DNA from: Callorhinchus milii
Lineage: Eukaryota
Length of the DNA stretch: 64,000 bases
Reading direction: 5' to 3'
NCBI RefSeq assembly: GCF_018977255.1
Contig: NW_024704743.1
Location: 66,466,001 to 66,530,000 of the forward strand
Shown here: piece by piece, positions 24,373 through 37,562 of the stretch
Position numbering within the stretch: position 1 is the stretch's first letter
How the letters are laid out: each line of letters opens with the position of its first letter
Translations under genes and position numbers: made by a program
The notes under the pieces: model-generated
Databases searched by the model: none
What the model saw: only the letters and a program-made list of their open reading frames with translations
What the model was told of the DNA's origin: nothing

Positions 24373-26530
24373 TTCTTTCCAGCGATTATTTCATTTCAGT
24401 CCTGTTACATTAGTTCTCTTTGCACTATTTGGTCTCATTAATAAAAAAAATTGTGCAAAATATCAATAAAGATCTAGAAAAAGAGCTTGACATAATTCTT
24501 TGTGACTACTTTAAAAAGAATGCTCTTGGTGAGATTGTCTCTAGAAAAAAATCATGTGATTTAGAACTGAACTAACTACTGAGGACAACAGTCTAGTCTA
24601 GAAGTAAGGACATATCCTTCAATACACTCAGCTACCACAAAACATTCAAGAGCAGGGATAGGAGAAACTGCAACTAGGAACAGAAGAGTCACATAGGAAG
24701 ATTGCTTTGAGGGAAAGGTATTTTGAAATTTGACTTATTGTATGAATTAAACGACAAAGGAGAATAGATATCCATTTGGCTTAAGTCATTGTGAAGGCAT
24801 CACAAGGCTTTTGAGCAAATCTATTTATCCTTGCACTATGTGTTGATAGAGAAGACTCCCAGATCAGTGTTGTATAAGCCTGCGCACATTGGGATATTGG
24901 ATGCCAAAGGGAATACAGCAACTTTCGACCCCCAAGTAAGGCAATGACCACCTAAAATCTGAAGAGAAGGTGAAGCTTTGAACTCTCCCAAAATGTAAAC
25001 TCTATACTATTCAGCCAAATCTGCAAAATGCTCGATTCAGATACCAGGTATAACCTCATAGGTCTGTTGTAGTATACTAAAATTGTCCAAAACTGGCAGG
25101 AGCCTGAAAGGGGCTCCTACAAATGTAGCACTGAGTGCTTGTATATGGAAGAGAGGTATAGAAGGGCAAAAGGAGATTTATTTATGAATATAACATTCCT
25201 CTTAACTCTATCTAAGAAGGAGCCACTACCTGTAATTCCTTCAGTGTTGGCCACATAATGGAGCCTGTGTGGGATCTGGTCAATGTTAAATGCTGAACAA
25301 CTCACTGCAACAGACATATGGCATAGGTGCCACTCCTAAGAGTTTTCAAGAACATTTTTATTTATGGTATTTTAATGCAATCTGCGGCATAAGATTGAGC
25401 AGCAAGTGGACTAAACTTCCAGTCAGTGTTACGTGTAGTGTCTTTGCAGATGAATGATTATAATGAGGAAATCCCTTCAGCAGCCAACATTGTTGAAGGC
25501 ATTATGCATATCGCCAACTGGAAATTCATCCCTAAATACTTTCAAATATGTAGGTAGATAACTATCCCAGCACAGATAATAAAGGATGTGAAATGTCACC
25601 TATGAATTAATCATATTGTTTGTGGTCTGAATTGGCAAACACAGTGGGAATTTCTTTCCCAGGGTTCTCTCCTTAGACATGTCAATAGTATTGGGAGTTG
25701 GACTTGAACAAAAAGGTTGACTGGGAATGGGATCAACGTTGCTAACTGGTGGAATGGGAGAACAGAAAACGACTTACCATTGATTCATCAGACAATTGGA
25801 GGAAGATGAAGAGGATCGACACATCTGAGGACTCTGCTTAGGACCAATAGACTGCATAAGCGTGTGATCCCTGGATCTGAAGGAGGAGGAGCAAGGAGCT
25901 GCTAGAATGTCCACAGATTGTACTGATTCACCCTCTTCCGCAGGACTCCTATGTATTTGGACTTAACAAGTCTATATTGCCCAAGGTGGGAGATAGGTGT
26001 GCAAAGGTAGGAACACAGGAATGTATAGGTCTAGAAAAGACCACTTCCATCTGTTTAACCAATCCTTAATTTCAAGGTAATTTTGGATTAAAGAACAATC
26101 TTATTAAAACCACAAGCCTGAAGGAATCTATAATATCTATAGGAATTAAAATAGGTGTGTATCTGTCCACATATGACCTGCAGTCCAGTGATGTACTTAG
26201 TTGAGAGTATTGCTATTCATGAAGTGAAGACAATAGAAAACAGGTCCAGTTTAAAATGCTAGCAAGAAATCACTTCAATATCATCAAAGTTAGTGTATTA
26301 ATTCTTATCTAATAGAGGTGGCTTCACAGAAAATTAAAATTTAGGCAAAATCAATGGCCAAACATTAAGGGCTCAAAGTTTTAATATTTATAGGTTTTGT
26401 CTCAATGTTTTCTCAATATCCCTTAACACCTTAATTGTCTGTCCCAATTATTTTGCACTTTCTGGGGTAATACATTCTATATTTTCATATCTTTCTGTGA
26501 AGAAATGTTTTTGATCTTGCTTTTTCCCGA

Positions 26531-26757
26531 AGAAATTCCACCTAGGTCTAGATTTACTCTGTTGACTTAGTATTTCAGAGCAATCAGAATTTTGTAAATT
26601 GTTGAATTCAGTCTTAACTTTGAAGTTGGATTTCTATAATTCTTAAAAGAAACTTAAAGCAGCTTCCATATTAAGACAACATTGAAGAATTTGCCAGAGT
26701 CTGGACCCTTTGAAATGTTACATCAGTAGAGTCAATCTAGGCCCAGGTGTAATTTCT
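26531..26757. mobile_element. Foldback MITE-like element, copy 2
   Basis: About 100-nt imperfect inverted arms, agaaattccacctaggtctagatttactct / agagtcaatctaggcccaggtgtaatttct. Confidence 0.8.
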
Positions 26758-27046
26758 ATCTTTATGCTCCCTTCTTTAGGATCCCTTTTCCAGAGGCAAG
26801 TGTTGTTCCCATTGAGCTTGTCAATTCTGCTTTTTATATTAGAGTCTTGATCTTTAAATCTTTAGATCTAAGCGCTCCTAGATCTTTACACTACCCCGTG
26901 TAAAGGGTGCTATATAAATGCAAGGTGTTGTTAATAATAATAATCCTTGCATTTGATATAGCGCTTTTCACGTCTTCTTGACGTCTCAAAGCCCTTCACA
27001 GAATAGACTGTAAAGTGAATTGACCGTAGATTGTTGTTAAATCATT

Positions 27047-27297
27047 TCAAGATTTTGACCCAACAAAGCCCCAACACATACTTGGGAATGTCCAAGCTTT
27101 GGCTTTTCCAACCTGCACCTGATACTCTCCAGAATTAAGTAAGCAGTATGCATCCCTCTGGAGAGAGAATGTGTTCCATTCCATAAACAGGGATTTGCAT
27201 ATGTAGATGGTATGCATGCGTAGAACTCTAGTTTGGATACTCTTAAGCATAGTGATAGGTTTCCACGTTTATCAGGTAGCTAGCTGATAAAAAAAAN
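27047..27297 (+). mobile_element. Unclassified family, copy C
   Basis: tttggatactcttaagcatagtgataggtttcc...gctgat followed by an A run. Confidence 0.75.
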
Positions 27298-27649
27298 TTA
27301 TCCAACTCTCCAATCTTCTCCTGCCCTACTTTCTAGCCCATATTCTTCATTCTTCGGATTGTGGGCCACTACTCATTTCATACTTCTTCTCCTGCCGTTA
27401 GATACTATTCCTCGCTCTCTGGAATTTTCTCTCAAAATCTCTGTTTTACATCTTCCCCCTGTCTTCAGCATCCTCTTCAAACTAACCTATTTGACCAAAC
27501 CTTTGATCAACACTCACAAACTCCCCATCTTCTCATTCCAGCTCACACAACAACGTTTAATGCATAGTTGAGGAAGTGTGTCCTCCTGAAAAGTTTGACC
27601 GAGGTCCAATTTGCTTGCCTGCTCAGGTGGCCAGGCCAGCAAACTCCCC

Positions 27650-27870
27650 ACCCGCGCCCCACCCACCTCTCTTCCCACTCTCTCTCCCTCCTCTCTCTCA
27701 CCCCTCCTCCCCCTCTCTCCTCCCCTTCCCCCACTCTTTCACCCCTCTCTCTCCCCCTCTCTCCCCCATCTCTTTTACGCCCCCAACTCTCTCCCCGCTA
27801 TCTCTCCCCCTCTCCCCCACTCTCTCTCCCTCCCTCTCTCCCACTCTCTCTCTCCACCCCCCTCTCTACC
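27650..27870. repeat. CT-rich low-complexity polypyrimidine tract
   Basis: About 220 nt, almost only C/T on the + strand. Confidence 0.95.
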
Positions 27871-28379
27871 AAGTGCAGGTCATTATCTGCAGTGGCAGGA
27901 GCCAGCGGTTGGTTGTTAAAGACACGGTTGGTAAGTGACATGCTTGCCTTCCTGACAAGACTGCAGCAAAGGCTCTGTGAGCTGTGTCTTCCCAAACGCC
28001 AGCTGCTGCCACTGCCCTGGGAGGACATTCACCAGGCAGGGAGAGAGGGAGCGGGTTGGAATGTTGGAAATGGTCATGAGCCAGATGTGGCCCGCGGGCA
28101 TTTCGCAAATAAGGAATGCGGCCTGTGGCAGCCAAAAAATTGGACCACCCTGGTCTACATTATTCCGTTTTCACACATTATAAGTGAAAGATTGTGTTGG
28201 GAAGATGGAAGGGATGTATAACAAGCATTTTCTTCAGGTGTATGGATCGTTTGGTTGCACCAATCCACAGAACCACAGAAGTAGATAGCGGCAGCAGGGC
28301 CATTATACAATCCATAGATAGCAACTGAGCACTGCACTGCACAATAGTGGGGGCTGGACGCAAAGGAGAGGAAGATGAT

Positions 28380-28700
28380 GACCACAGGTGCGATCGAAGA
28401 GAATAAGTCTTACGGAGGGTTTTATAGATAGAAAAAGAGGGAGCAACAGAAGGAATTCAGGTAGGGAGTTCCAGAAGTTAGGGGCTTAGTGTCTCAAGAC
28501 TTGGGCATCAATGGAGTACAGAGTGGTTGAGGGACATGCAGCAAGCCTTTGTCCTCTGAATGAAGTGTGATATGAGTAGATCAGAGGGATAGGGAGGTGC
28601 CAGGGTGTGAAGGATATTGTAGGTTAGACCGAGAACCTTGTTCCTTTTGAAGACAAGGAGACGATAGAACCTGGTGAGGATTGGGGGGATTTGGATACAA
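28380..28700 (-). mobile_element. Highly degraded L2 3' fragment
   Basis: Colinear with 20230-20580 (gggagttccaga, gagaaccttg, ggtgaggattgggggg). Confidence 0.55.
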
Positions 28701-29145
28701 TGTTTGGAATGGGTGATCCATCCTCAATAGTGGTAATGATATCCACAACTTTCTAAAAATGAGGAATAATTTACTGACACACTTAATAAAGGGCTGTTTT
28801 TAAACCATGTCTAAGTCTGGTTTAAAAAGACATATCGAGCTCACTGAACTCCAGAATATGTTAAATTCAAGAATTTGACAAGGAAGGTTTGTCCATTCAC
28901 ATTTGTCAAACCGCCAAATGAAGACGTTTCTCAGTTCAGAGTTTCTTTCAATGATTAAAGGGCATTGTCCATTGTTATTGAATGCATGATAAAAACACAC
29001 TATTATCAGAGAAAACATAAGACTTGATGCAAGCTACGATTTAGAACTCATTATTTAAATTCTCTCATGTGCAGCCAAGATCTCTACCTGACCTTTTTTA
29101 ATGAAATAGGTTAGTTACTGATACATCTGTAAGAGAGAAATACTA

Positions 29146-29430
29146 TTTTGTTTGATCAGCTGAGTGTCTGACACATGCAGAAACTCATCTCCCATTAAGA
29201 GTATGAAACCAGACAAAGTTCTACATATGTATGGAATTTCCATTTGTCCTTGGAGTTTGAATGCTCTCCCCAGAGGGATGAACCCTCTTCACCTAATCCT
29301 GGAGAATATTAGACACAGTCCGGGGATCCCGGAGTGTGCACTATATATGGCTGGAATTTAATCAGTTAAAATCGCACAGCTTGCTATTGCGAACACTGAC
29401 TGGCAAGCGTATTACTGCTTGTCCAGCTCA
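29146..29430 (-). mobile_element. Unclassified family, copy D
   Basis: T run followed by gatcagctgagtgtctgacacatgcagaaactcatc on the + strand. Confidence 0.75.
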
Positions 29431-30122
29431 GATTTCATTAAGTCTTTGGTTTGCACGCAAATCTGTGCCACAGTTTAAATTGCACAGATGAAATGAATAA
29501 GGTAATATATTTCATTGCACTCACCGTGTTATGTTCAGCCACATAGAGAACATGGACAGATTGCTTTCACCTCCCATCTGACCTGACCAAGCCTATATCC
29601 CTCTAGCCACTGTGAAATTACAAATTTGTCAAATTTATTTTTTGAATGCTTCAGCCAAGTCCATATTGATCATCCTAGATTGTACTGTAGTGCATTGCTT
29701 ACTAACTACATAGAATTACCTAGAATATACAGTACAGAAACAGGCCATTCGGCCCAACTGGTCTATGCCGGCATTTATGCTCAACATGAGTCTCCTCCTG
29801 CCCGTCCTCTACTAAGCCTATCAGCATAACCTTCTATTCTTTCTCCCTCATGCAACTGCGAGGAATTATCCTTTAAATTAAGTTTAGGTTCCATTAATTT
29901 CTAATGCAATTTAATAATAATAAATAATAATAACAATAAATAATCTTGGCATTTGATATAGTTTCACGTCTTTGAGACTTCTGAAAGTCCTTCACAAGTG
30001 GATTGTCTGTATTGTGTTAGGGGGGGAAATGTATACTGATATAGTGCTTTTCATGTACGGAGGACATCTTATTTTGCTTGAAATCATGCCCACCAGTTAT
30101 TTACTTCTTCAGGATTTTAGAA

Positions 30123-30345
30123 TTTTTTTGGGGGGGGGTTGGTGTCAGCCACATGTCTGACACATGCAGGAATCCATCACCAAGCATCACCATTGAGAAT
30201 TCCATGTATGCCACCTATTCATGGACATTTCTGTGCCTGGAATGGAAGGAACACCACGCTTATCAGTTCTCGGGACTATTAGGCACAGGTTGTCAAGAGC
30301 CAAGGCTTGGGGACTCCAAGGATTTTACAAACTGGATAAGCAGCC
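30123..30345 (-). mobile_element. Unclassified family, copy E
   Basis: tgtctgacacatgcaggaatccatcacc...caagagccaaggcttggggac on the + strand. Confidence 0.75.
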
Positions 30346-32344
30346 CCTTTAAGTTTACCTCAGGGGCCCTACCTACTTTTCAAAACATTCTCCTAATCAA
30401 TAATAAAAACAGAGAGAACCTTTATATAATGATTTTCTAGCTAATGAGGATTTAAATTTGCAGTCAAAATATTAATTTTGCATGATATGTTTACCCATTT
30501 TCTCCACAATTATGAAATGGTTAATCCATCTATTTTGCATTGACTGTAATCACTGTCTGCACCATTAGCCAGCGTGTAGTATCATCTGACACTCCGCAAA
30601 AGCAATAAAATACTTTCATCCAAACTAAATGGTTTTATTAAAGTGCCAGGATCATTGCCTTGAGAATTATGACAAAGAAATACGTTTTAAATTTAATGTT
30701 GCACTTGAACCATCTGGAAACAAAACTAAAAAGATGTACATTATTATGTAATTCCATTATACCAGTAGTAAGGAACTCTATACTGGTTAACTACTGACTT
30801 TGCCTGAGCAACAACTTTTCCTGACCAACAAGTACTATTTAAGACATAAATCCTTCAGTTTGTTTTTCTGCTTTTGAGTTAAAATGTGAACTAACCAGGC
30901 TAACCAAATGATGGGCTGTGGAGGGGGTACGATATGTAATTGACCCGTGTTGCGATAAGAACCGTTTAAAAAATATTTGATAGATCCTTTTAACTAATTT
31001 TAGTATAAATATTTTTTCAATATGTTCAACATATGTGTTGAACATATCCCTCTGCATCAGACATCCAATATAGTCTCAGTCCAGATATATCTAGCAGGGG
31101 AGACATCCGTGTTTTGTGTCTCTTTGGTGATAGCACTTGTCAACACTGCACTCAGCCTAGTCTGTGATCTTAAGCGTCATGACAAAGAGTTTAAATCCAC
31201 AAGCTTCAGAGACGTGACAATGTTACCACCTGTGTCATTCTGACAGTAGTAGTTTTTTTAACTTTTGTTTTAACCAAATGAATTTTCAAGACAGTGAATA
31301 AATTCTCTGGAGAGATGAAAGAATAATGAAACAGTTTCACAAACAGACACTGGAGGTAAAAATGCAGTACCTGATATGGAAATAAATATTAATATATCAA
31401 ACCATTTTCTTTCATTATTATATTTTAAAGCACATTTGCATTACAAACAGGATGTCAGCCACCAAGCATGGAATTTGTTGTAATCATGAGTGGGAAGACC
31501 TTCACAGCTCACTCACCTGAGATGGTGTGAGCTATTCAGTCCATCACAATCATTTTACAAATTCCATACTCTGTGGTTCACAACTGCACAAAGAGTTCTA
31601 AACTGCAATACGGAAGGTATTGCTACTGAAATGAACAAGAGGTAACTATATAACCTTGAAATAGGCTGAAAAAGTACAACTGTGAATCATCCGTTACTCA
31701 GCGTATGGCTTGTGCACTTTCCACTCCTATTGAACGAGCATGGTTGACAAAACACATTGACTTTTTATGAATCTTCTGGTAGAGGGAGAGGAAAGCAGTT
31801 TGTTTTCAACAGTGCAGTATTAGTGAAAATGGAGTATTTCTCTAACCACTGTATTGTGCAGTAGATGAATGACTGTTGCAGCTGTACTGCCTGGAATGCA
31901 GGTAACCTAACATTTCTGAGAATTACCATCCTTTATGTTTGCCTGCAAAGGCTACTTTTAAAACTTTTTCATCAAATCTGATTTAAATTAAAGATTATAA
32001 TCATCATAGTGTGTCATGAGCAAAAGCATTCTGTTTATTTTTTAAAAATTGCAATCTTGTAGTTCAGGAATCCTAATTGCAAGCATGACGACAATGGAGG
32101 CTAAAACATGGCAATGACAATTAGTATTCTTTCATTAAGTTGATAGTGAAAGTTCTTCATGCCAACTTATGCGAATTCCCTCTGATGTGATCTACTTTCG
32201 GAGCACAGTTCCTACAACTATGAGCAGCATGTTCCTTTGGCTATCAGATGAAGTCCTCACTCATATTCCTTTATTTCTGTTTTGGTTATCAGGTTGTATC
32301 AAATGTAAAGACCATTATTATTATTAACATCTTATTACATAATT

Positions 32345-32612
32345 GCCGGACAGGCCTTCTGCTACTCTGCCCCCACCTTCTGGAACTCCATCCCGCAGTC
32401 CCTCTGCCTCGCCCCCTCCCTTGCCTCCTTCAAGACCCATCTCAAGATTCTTCTCTTCGAGTGTACTTTCGGTCACCATCCTTTCCCCCCCCCCGCCCTC
32501 CACCCTCCCTGATCCCGCCCCCCAGCTCGGGTCCGAAACACTGATTGTCCAGTGCCTTGGGATGTCCTCCTGACGTGAAAGGCACTATACAAATGTAATT
32601 TTGTTGTTGTTT
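32345..32612 (+). mobile_element. L2 LINE 3' end
   Basis: Homologous to 24110-24372, with a (TTG)n tail. Confidence 0.88.
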
Positions 32613-32829
32613 CTGTTACAGTTTAAATCACTCTGTAGAGGTAGTTTCTAAGCGGCTTTCAGTGATGGGTCAGCCAGACCAGCAACACTGCCACATTACA
32701 TATAAATGGATGTTACTTTTCTTACGTATTCTTAGTATGCACAGCGCCTTGGGAGATCTTCCCAATATGAAAGGCGCTCTAAAAATGTAATTTTGTTGTT
32801 GTATGTTCGAATATCCTAAAACAGTTATC

Positions 32830-34312
32830 TTTGCAGGAGGTTGATATTTTGTCACTAGTTATTTTGTCAAGCTATTTCTGAATAGTCTTATCAACAATCT
32901 CAGTTGCACCAATGATTATAAGAATAATGTTTGTTTTATACTGCCACATACAGCCAGACTCAATTTGTAGATCAATTTATTTCCTGATTTTCTTGAGTTC
33001 CTTATTCCTTACATTATAATCACTTGGGATAGCCACATCAATAATACCTCATGTACAGTTGATTTGGTTGCTTACGATAATATCTGGTTTGTTACAGATT
33101 ACTGTTCAATTTATATGAACTTGTGAGTCCCAGTTTATTATGATGCTATTTTTCGATGTTACATTTGCTGGTTGATATTCATGGTCTTTACATCAATATC
33201 AAAATGTTTACAAATTGTTCAGTGAATATTTTTAGCTACATTTTTATGTTGAATCAGCTACTCCGATTGTGGATCATTTTGGATCACTATTTCTCTTTAA
33301 GATCTTATTTTCATAATAACAGGTAGATATGACAGATATGTGCTGATATTATGAGAGTTTCTGTTTCGGCTTTCAGATCCCCATTAGTAACTGTAGCTTT
33401 GGTTCATGTTGTCATGGTTACCCTATTCTTGCAGTCGTTTGTAATGTGTAAATAATATGTAAATATAAATATATATTATTTAAGGGGGATGGGGAAGCCT
33501 GGCCCTTTAAATGGGTTCTGTTGCAGAAATTGCTTGCTCCCAATGTTGTATATCTTCCATTGTTGTGCTCCTTATGTTGTGTTATGTAAGGTAGCCTAGG
33601 GTTGCTATGTTTTAATAAAGAGCTGTTGTTTCTACCGAATGTATCCTCAATTCTCTGTCGTATTCTAGACAAGAAAAGGAGTAAGCACTTTGGAGGGTAG
33701 TTGTCAATATGGGAGATCTACTAGTGCGAGCAGACTCCAATTAGACATTCCAATTACCGGGCATTGGGGTTAACTGGGAATACCTGTGTGTGACTCTGAC
33801 TTGGTTGAATCACCTTTGAAATAGGAACTCACACCGGCAGGGTTAGAAGAGAAGTAGAGACCACTTAGTACGAAAGCGTTAATAAAATTTGCACTTACAT
33901 CGAGCGGTGAGAACTATCACAATATCTAGGCTTTGTTCTTTCATTTCTTTTGGAAATTGACCATGTATGATTTTCTTCTCCCATTCATTTTTTCCACAAG
34001 ATATCATTTTCTTTTTAAGGGCAATTTTCATTCCAAGTGTCATTTTTGTTGGTTCATATGAGATACTTTCTATTTCTTTTTGATGGATGTTATATTCTTG
34101 TTTGATCTGGATTGCTACTTTAATGCTGGAAGATGTATTTTTCTGCTTTTCAACTTTTTCTATCATTTTAATACTATCATTGAGATTTGTTCTGATAATC
34201 CCCTAAACCTACAATTGCTGATTGATAAGTTGCTTCAATTTCAATCAGGGCTCTTCCTCCTTCTTTTCTTGGTATATAAATGCATGGGACATCAGCGTTT
34301 ATATCATGTTGA
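32830..34312 (-). mobile_element. R4/Dong-like non-LTR retrotransposon relic, interrupted by a solo LTR
   Basis: Motifs in order: IYIPRKEGGRAL, WEKKIIHGQF, GDLKAETETLII, then a restriction-like endonuclease NKPDII...IIDVAIPSDYNVRNKELKKIRK*IDLQIE. Contains stops and frameshifts. Confidence 0.8.
33440..33899. mobile_element. Probable solo LTR
   Basis: 460 nt with TGTAA...TTACA termini and internal AATAAA, splitting the R4-like ORF. Flanks tcgtt/tcgag are only a partial TSD. Confidence 0.65.
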
Positions 34313-34314
34313 GT

Positions 34315-34631
34315 ATAATAATAATAATAATCCTTGCATTTGATATAGCACTTTTTACGTCGGGAGGACGTCCCAAAGCGCTTCACAGAACACACTGTAA
34401 AGTGAATTGACTGTATATTTGTGGGCGAACGCGGCAGTCAATTGCGCACAGCAATGTCCCACAAACAGTCGTAGATTGAAAATGACCAATTTATTATTGT
34501 TTTTGGTTTTGGAGGGATTATTATTAGGTGTGTGGAGTAAGGAAACTTGCCCAAGGTTTCGCCCTCTGCCTGGAATTGAACTCAGGTCTCTCGCTTGCAA
34601 AGCGAGTGCTCTAACCACTGAGCTACAGACC
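34315..34631 (-). mobile_element. Young SINE, full length
   Basis: Nearly identical to the reverse complement of 22838-23165. Confidence 0.95.
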
Positions 34632-34674
34632 ACGGATGGTCAAGGTTCCGTGTTCGTCTATCGATATTCTCATT

Positions 34675-35270
34675 ATGGAGGTTGATATTTTGTTCACCGG
34701 TTATTTTGCCTTTCTGAATAGTCGTATTAAGAGTCCCAGTTACACCATTGATTTGTATTTATGCTTGTTTTATACTGCCATACATCTGCATTCAATTTGT
34801 AGATCATATATTTCCTGATCTTTTCTATTTCCTTATTTCTTACATTGTAATCACTTGGAGGGATTATTACAGCAATAATACTACATACAATCTAGTTGTT
34901 GGGATGTCCTCCCGCTGTGAAAGGTCTATATAAATGCAATTTTTTGTTTGTTGTCGTTGTTTATGATGATATCTGGTTTGTTACAGATTACTATTGGTGT
35001 ACTTATGAGTATTTTTTGGAAATATATCAATCTACAAATTGAATGCAGATCTATCATTATACTGTTATTTTTGGTTGTTGATGTTCATACCAGTTAGTCT
35101 TTATATATATATCAAATTTATTTACAAATTGTTCAGTGATTGTGCATGATGACAATATGTGGTCTACTGTTTCTCGTGTTTGATGTCATTTGAGCATTTT
35201 TAAATAATTATTATTATCTGTGCAAACTCCATTCAGATATGCTAGAAATATTTGATATCAAAGTGTAGCT
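34675..35270 (-). mobile_element. Second R4/Dong-like endonuclease-region relic
   Basis: Colinear with 32836-33250 (ggaggttgatatttt, caatttgtagatca, atatctggtttgttacagattact). L2 tail inserted at about 34900-34960. Confidence 0.75.
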
Positions 35271-35347
35271 CCTACAGGTCAGGGTGACCAGTATCTACAT
35301 CCAGTCACTATTTGTATTAATAATAATTAAGTATTAATACTAAGTAT

Positions 35348-35721
35348 TAATAATAATAATCCTTGCATTTGATACAGTGCTTAATCACGTCATTGAGACA
35401 CCTGAAAGCGCTTCATAGACTATAATGTAAAGTGAATTAACTGTATATTTAATGGGTGAAACTTTCGCGGCAGTCAATTACAGACAGCAATGTCCCCATA
35501 AACAGTCGTGAATAGAATGACCACCTTTTGCATGTTGGGGGGAATTATTACCCATAGAAAGCGATCCACCAATCGACTAACAACCAGGTTCCTACTTACT
35601 GCTAGGTAAACAGAGGTGTGTGGAGTAAGAAAACGTGCCAAAGATTTCACACCACCCGGGAATCAAACCGGGTCCTTTCGCTTGTGAGGGAAACGTAATA
35701 ACCACTGCTCTATGGCGCTCC
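35348..35721 (-). mobile_element. SINE, long subfamily
   Basis: Full head, extra central segment and TTA tail. More diverged than the short subfamily. Confidence 0.85.
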
Positions 35722-37104
35722 ACTTAATTTACCCAGAGGGTAATTCATGACTGGAACAGGTTGAGCCAAGGATGAGAATAGCAGGGTGGGTATTCTGGAA
35801 AGATGAGTTCAATTGAATTGAAGGGCCTTCTTCATCTGAATCTCATGTGTGATCTTGTGAAGTATAATCTTTGTACAGTGTTTGAAAACATGCTTTCAAA
35901 ATTGCAGTGTTTTGTTTAAAATATACGAATAGCAGTGTTCTTGCATTTTCCTTCCACCATTTTGATTTTACTGAGTTTTCTGAGTATGCAATACCAAGAA
36001 TTTACACTGTTCTGACGTCCTGTATTAAATGTGCTGCCATGAAACTGATAGCAGCCTGGATGCAGTACATTCACTTGAATGCTACAAAACAAGCAATTTT
36101 CAAAACAGAATTTTCAATAAATTATGTCTTACCTAGTTATGCATTTTAACAATTGAAAGTTGCTTTCATCAACAAATGCTCTCTATTCCTACCTCTCATT
36201 TTCAAAGATTATTACTTTTTCACAAGAGCCCTTATAATGCATGATGTATTTCCATAGTGACCATTGGTGATTTGGACATTGACTATTGCAAACTTTTAAT
36301 GTTTGCCAAATGACATTCACTTTCAATTCCAATCAATTACATTTTGTAAAGCACCTTGAGACATTTATTATTAAGTGTAGGTGCTGCATAAATGCAAGCC
36401 ATTGTTATATTAATGTCTGGTGACTTTGGGCACTGTTAACTTTTAGGCAAATCCTATACAGAACAGAGCAACAACAATATAATTTTAACTAGAAGTGAGA
36501 AACACGCCAAAAACCTGCCCATTTCAATAAAACTCACTGCACTACAACAACCCGGGAAACAGGGAAAATAAAGTAATGAGATGTAGAAATAGAAAGTACT
36601 CGTTGATGAAAGCAACTTTCAATTGTTAAAATGCAAAACTAGGCTAGACATAATCCATTTAAACAAGACACCGTCTGACAGATTCAAATTAATTATGTTG
36701 CTGCAGTTCTCAGTTTATGTTCTGACAGCAGATGTTTGTACTTGCGAGCAAAATGTTCAACTATCAAAGATATCTGAAACCACAAATCTAACATTGTATG
36801 GCCTCCTGAAATTCACACTTATTTGGACACAGCAACCAGAATAATACAGAGATGACATAGCAGATATTAAGCAGCACACTTCATTTTTGATCATTTGAAT
36901 AGTTCCTCCCTATTTTAGTTGCTCTCTGTCAGTAAATGATTCTTCATCTATAAATTCTGAGATTGCTTGAAAAAGACATATGATTAGGATCTTATTTGCA
37001 GTGATTTCTAATGAGATTCACTAATATATAGATTGAATCCTACCTAAAGGATCTGACTGATAACTAATATTTAAAGATTATGCTGGTGACAGACCGACCA
37101 TTGT

Positions 37105-37562
37105 TGTAGGGGGCAGGAATTCTTCCCTCTTAGCCAATGTTTATCCTTCAAATCAAAACTCGAATGGGTAAGATGTTTTTCCAGCTGAACAAATAGTAGG
37201 AAGATAGATACTGTTCACAATGGAAAGCTGTGCAGTTTTAGCTGGTTAAACTCCAGCAACGAACATTTGAGTCAAGCCTTGGCTCTTGCCAACCTGCACC
37301 TAAATTCTCCGAGTTTAGATAAACATGGTGGAAAAGTACATGCTCCAATAGAAGGGGCCAATCGAGAAAATATAAAGTGAGATACAGACGAAAAGGAAGA
37401 TTTATAAAGTTTTGGGGGAGAAACAAAGAGTGACCATTGGGCTGAATACAAGTCAGTTCAGAAAGAGGTTAAAAAAGAGATTAGAGGAGCCAAGGAGAAC
37501 TGGGAACTCTTATCTTGGTGTTAGGTTTCGTGTGTGTCAGACACCTGCCTGACCAAACAAAA
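37105..37562 (+). mobile_element. Unclassified family, copy F, split by a CR1-like ORF2 fragment (about 37345-37500)
   Basis: ttttagctggttaaactccagca, agccttggctcttgccaacc, and end gtgtcagacacctgcctgaccaaacaaaa. Confidence 0.7.

Noticed and set aside
27568..28221. 217-aa ORF and overlapping ORFs
   Set aside because: The frames stay open because of the CT low-complexity tract. No recognisable domain or splice context.
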